From Octopus sinensis (lineage: Eukaryota): a stretch of 10,988 bases of DNA. Every line of letters starts with the position of its first letter. The first letter of the stretch is position 1. Shown piece after piece: positions 7,108-10,988 of this stretch. The notes below the pieces were generated by a model. The model had not been told where the DNA came from. It ran no database searches and worked only from the letters and a program-made list of their open reading frames with translations. Where the stretch lies: NCBI RefSeq assembly GCF_006345805.1, contig NW_021827277.1, positions 1 to 10,988 on the forward strand. The letters are read 5' to 3'. A program made the translations under genes and the position numbers.

Positions 7108-7141
<34 letters not shown>

Positions 7142-7239
7142 CATATATCTATATATCTTATATATATACATATATATATATATATATAATCTCAATATAT
7201 ATATATATCATATGTATGTATATATATATTACATATTCA

Positions 7240-7283
<44 letters not shown>

Positions 7284-7332
7284 TAAATATATATATATAT
7301 GTGTGTGGGTGTATATATATATATATATATAT
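7010..7332. repeat. (AT)n-dominated compound microsatellite
   Basis: Direct reading; includes a perfect (TA)17 at 7244-7277. Confidence 0.96.
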
Positions 7333-7379
7333 AGTTCTTATTGTCGCAATTATCTATTGTTGTCGACATTTACCACATT

Positions 7380-7660
7380 ATCTGCGTCATCGACACCATC
7401 ACCGTGATCATCGGTATCATCATCATCATCATCATCGGCATCGTAGTTTTCATCCTTCTCCTCCTCCTCCTCCTCATCCTCATCATCATGATCATCGACA
7501 TTAACTTCGTCTCCAGCGCAACCCTATAATGACCACCACCAGCAACAGCACCACAACCACAACCACAACCACTACAACCATTACAACAACAACAATACAA
7601 TAACCACCGCCATGACACACCACCATCGCTAGGACAACCACCCACCCACCCACCTCACAT
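7380..7660. repeat. Degenerate (ATC)n, (CCT)n, (ACC/AAC)n and (ACCC)n tract
   Basis: Direct reading. It is the source of the poly-H/P/I/M pseudo-ORFs. Confidence 0.88.
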
Positions 7661-7734
7661 TCGTTTATTACCGAGGTCATTATTTTTATACATATTACTT
7701 TTCATAAAGTAGCCAGTTCTATTTCTTTATTGAT

Positions 7735-7773
<39 letters not shown>

Positions 7774-8019
7774 CACTAATAATAATAATAATAACAACAA
7801 CAACAGCAACAACACCACCACCACTACTACTATTACTACTACCACTGCTGCTGCTACTGCTGCTACAACTATTATTATTACTCTTATTATTATTATTAGT
7901 AGTCGTACTACTACTACTACTATTACTACCATTATTATTATCATTACTCTTATTATTGCTATTATTATTATTATTATCATTATTATTATCATTATTATTA
8001 TCATTATTATTATCATTAT

Positions 8020-8052
<33 letters not shown>

Positions 8053-8279
8053 CATTACTCTTATTATTGCTATTATTATTATCATTATTATTATCATTAT
8101 TATTATCATTATTACTACTACTACTACTACTACTACTACTACCATTACTCTTATTATTGCTATTATTATTATCATTATTATTATCATTATTATTATCATT
8201 ATTACTACTACTACTACTACTACTACTACTACCATTACTCTTATTATTGCTATTATAATTATTATTATTATTATTATGC

Positions 8280-8373
<94 letters not shown>
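7735..8373. repeat. Compound trinucleotide array (CTA/AAT/AAC/TTA/ATC) containing a 90-bp higher-order repeat and a terminal perfect (ATT)31
   Basis: ttactcttattatt occurs at 7878, 7944, 8055, 8145 and 8235. Perfect 90-bp periodicity runs from 8023 to 8256. (ATT)31 spans 8281-8373. Confidence 0.96.
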
Positions 8374-8714
8374 TCACTTTTATTTCGCTTCTGTTTTTTT
8401 ATTTGTTTTTTTGTTTTGTTTTTTTTGTTTCGTTTCTTAACGTAGATAATGCGGTACTTCATTCATTTTCAAACTCCATTCAAAGAGGTCATCACCAAGG
8501 AATCACCAATATACAGTAGAATGACCTTCTGAGTGAAAAAGTCAACTGATTTTTTTTTTTTATCTTCTATTCCTTCGTAACATATTTGAAAGACGTTAAA
8601 CGCTTTTATACGCCAAATACTCAAGTCCTAAGCAAATTTTAGTCAATAATATTATAAAGCGTTTTTCCAACGCAAACGTTGGCATTTAGCCTAATTTTAA
8701 GGAAATTATGTTGG

Positions 8715-8723
8715 CAGGTGAGT
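8715..8723 (+). other. Candidate 5' splice donor CAG|GTGAGT
   Basis: Exact match to the U2 donor consensus inside a ~400-bp unique island. Polypyrimidine tracts with AG lie upstream (AG at 8444-8445 and 8591-8592). There is no transcript evidence. Confidence 0.3.
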
Positions 8724-8799
8724 TCGCCTTGCTTGGCAAAAGTCATATTCCAAAATGCCTTCGTATAGATTTGGGCTAAATCTGTGCTACACAGGTTTT

Positions 8800-9151
8800 T
8801 ATATATGCGTACGTATGTGCTGATGGCTATATAGGTGTGTACGTAATGATGTCTATGTGTGCGGATTTATATGCATATATATATATGAGTATGTACATAT
8901 ATATGTATATATATGTATATACATATTTCATACTTATATATATATGTTCATATATGTATGCATATATATATATATGTGTGTGTGTATGTGGTGGTTCATG
9001 TGTGTGTGTGCGTGTGGACATGTTAAGATATTTACAGACGTGTATATATATATATATATATATAGTACACTTACATATATAAACACAAACGCGTATACAA
9101 ACATACATACGTATGCATACACACAAACGCACGCACGCATATATATATATA

Positions 9152-9203
<52 letters not shown>

Positions 9204-9218
9204 ATGTATATATATATT

Positions 9219-9256
<38 letters not shown>

Positions 9257-9848
9257 ACAAAGTGGAGTTAGTTATGGGGTATATATTATATATATATATA
9301 TATATGAATGTAAATTACATATCTATGCATATATATATATATGTAGGTATGTATATACATACTTTGTATACATGTAAATATATATATACACATACTATGT
9401 ATATATGTATATTTACATACCTATGACAATGCATGTATATAAACATAATTATACATGCATATAATGATGTGTATATATATATATATGTATATGTATATGT
9501 AAATCTATATGTATATATATATGTAAATGTATATGTATATATATTATAATATATATATATATATAATATATATAGATATATATTATATATATATTATATA
9601 TATATACCTCTGTATAATCTACTGTAAATAATGAACGTGGTCGTCAGCACATCTATGTAACATGCATGCGCATACACATGCGCACCACGTAACGAACACG
9701 CATATGTATATATATATATTATATATAATATATATATATATATATATATGCACGTGTGTGTATATATATATGTATGTAAGTATATATTTGTATATGTCTC
9801 AAATATATGTACATACTTTATGTATTTATATTTGAATGTACTAAATAT

Positions 9849-9886
<38 letters not shown>

Positions 9887-9930
9887 CGTTGTGTGTGTGT
9901 GTGTGTGTGTGTGTGGCTGTGTGTATGTAT
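8800..9930. repeat. (AT)n/(GT)n/(CA)n compound microsatellite with a short unique interruption (~9605-9660)
   Basis: Direct reading. Confidence 0.95.
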
Positions 9931-10089
9931 GTAAGTGTTGTATTCCAGCACTGCTACTCTGCATCATCTGCTGATAGGAGCGGGGAGGTGTGTCTCTTTT
10001 TTTCTTGGCTAAATCTTGACGTTCTTTCAGAAGGGGAGATTTCATGTAAATGGCGCTCCTTAACTTATTTAGTCATTAGTCCTTTGTAA

Positions 10090-10988
10090 CGGTGGTGGCG
10101 TCGGCATGGGTGACAACGGCGATGGTGGTGATAATGGTGTTGGTGGTGGTGGAAGTGATGGTGGTAGTCACAGTGGTTCGATTCTAATGGAACGGGAGCA
10201 GACGGAGCTAAATTGTAATAACGTGGGCCATGAACCCGAGTGGTAATTTCGTATGAGGACGTGACAACGGTTGCGGTAGAGTTAATGGTAGTGGTGGAGA
10301 GGGTGGTGGCGTTGCTGGCGTTTATAGTGGTGGTGGTGTTGGTGGTTGGGGTTGTTGTCTTAGGGGATGATGATGTTGATGGTGGTGACAGGGATGTTGG
10401 TGGTGGTGGTGATGTTGATGGTAGTGGTGATGGTGCTGGTGGTTTTAATGGTGATAATGGTGATGTTGATTGCGGTGATGGTGATGGTGATGATGATGGC
10501 GGTTGTATGAGTGATGATGATGATGGTTATGGCGGTGGTAGTGCTGATGTTGATGGCGGCAGTGGTGGTGTTGGTGATGGTGATGGTGCTGGCGATGGTG
10601 GTGATGATAATAGTGATCTTATTGGTGGTGGTGGTGATGGTGATGATGGTGGTGGTGGTGGTAGTGTTGATAAAGATAGTACTGGTAACCATGCTGGTAA
10701 TCATTATATTATACAATTTTGTTATCGATGGTTGTTGTTGTAACTGATTGAAACACACTGGTGATTGTGGTTGCTGTGGTGGTGGTGGTTATCGTCATGG
10801 TAACGGCAATGTTCCTAATCATTGTTGACAATGACAGTCGACGTATGTGTTGTTGTTGGCAAAGGTCTTGTTGTTGACATTGTTGTCGATTCTGTTGCAG
10901 ATCACTGCAAGATGGCGGAGGGGGCAGTGGATGGTAGCGGCGATAATAATGTTGGTGATAACGAGGATTGTGTGGTGGTGGTGGTGGT
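10090..10988. repeat. Degenerate (GGT/GAT/GTT)n low-complexity tract running off the window end
   Basis: Direct reading. It is the source of the poly-V/G/D/M pseudo-ORFs. Confidence 0.93.
10241..10470 (-). repeat. Dispersed low-complexity repeat, copy B (inverted partner of 5855-6113)
   Basis: Anchor tggtaatttcgtatgaggacgtgacaacggttgcggtagagttaatggtagtgg. The ORF track also shows it: MVISYEDVTTVAVELMVV (+, 10240) versus MVISYEDATMVAVVLMVV (-, 5773..6120). Confidence 0.85.

Noticed and set aside
4046-9426. Many I/Y/C/V/M/H-rich ORFs, and poly-T/I/L/V ORFs at 7702-8462
   Set aside because: They arise from (AT)n/(GT)n and in-phase trinucleotide arrays and are open on both strands.
9818-10045. 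Minus-strand ORF starting MKSPLLKERQDLAKKKRDTPPRSYQQMMQ
   Set aside because: Only ~38 complex codons before running into (CA)/(TA) repeats, with no recognisable motif and no good donor site.
10175-10184. Pol III B box (GGTTCGATTC) upstream of repeat copy B, suggesting a SINE head
   Set aside because: No correctly spaced A box and no tRNA-like fold. A 9-10 nt match is expected occasionally by chance.
10240-10747. Gly/Asp-rich or Val/Met-rich protein from the 167-aa and 78-aa ORFs
   Set aside because: Degenerate (GGT/GAT)n reading. The start is a GTG, and similarity to ORF 5773..6120 reflects DNA repeat homology, not coding constraint.

Overview
Eukaryotic non-coding DNA, intronic or intergenic. 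About two-thirds is simple or compound microsatellite: (CT)n, (AT)n, (AAT)n, (CTA)n, (TCTA)n, (ACC/GGT)n and degenerate (TTGG)n. No intact protein-coding gene is supported, and nearly every ORF in the supplied track is a translation of microsatellite. The non-simple islands are retroposon relics: (i) a frameshifted 3' fragment of an R4/Dong-type non-LTR element (restriction-like endonuclease end plus 3' UTR, 2244-2737, +); (ii) a 5'-truncated RTE/RTEX-type LINE 3' end with two in-frame stops, a terminal hairpin and a TGA-repeat tail (6126-6575, +); (iii) three tRNA-SINE-like fragments on the minus strand; (iv) an unclassified ~510-bp non-coding element; (v) a short orphan 3'-end fragment. Five of these pieces sit one after another between 2119 and 3752, each separated from the next by an AAT/TAA tract. 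A ~230-260 bp low-complexity unit occurs twice in inverted orientation 4.1 kb apart (5855-6113 and 10241-10470), with a 60-bp anchor matching at 56/60. There are also 188-bp and 90-bp tandem repeats built from microsatellites, and one consensus splice donor (8715-8723). The repeat repertoire resembles, from recall only and without any database search, that of Octopus (coleoid cephalopod) genomes.
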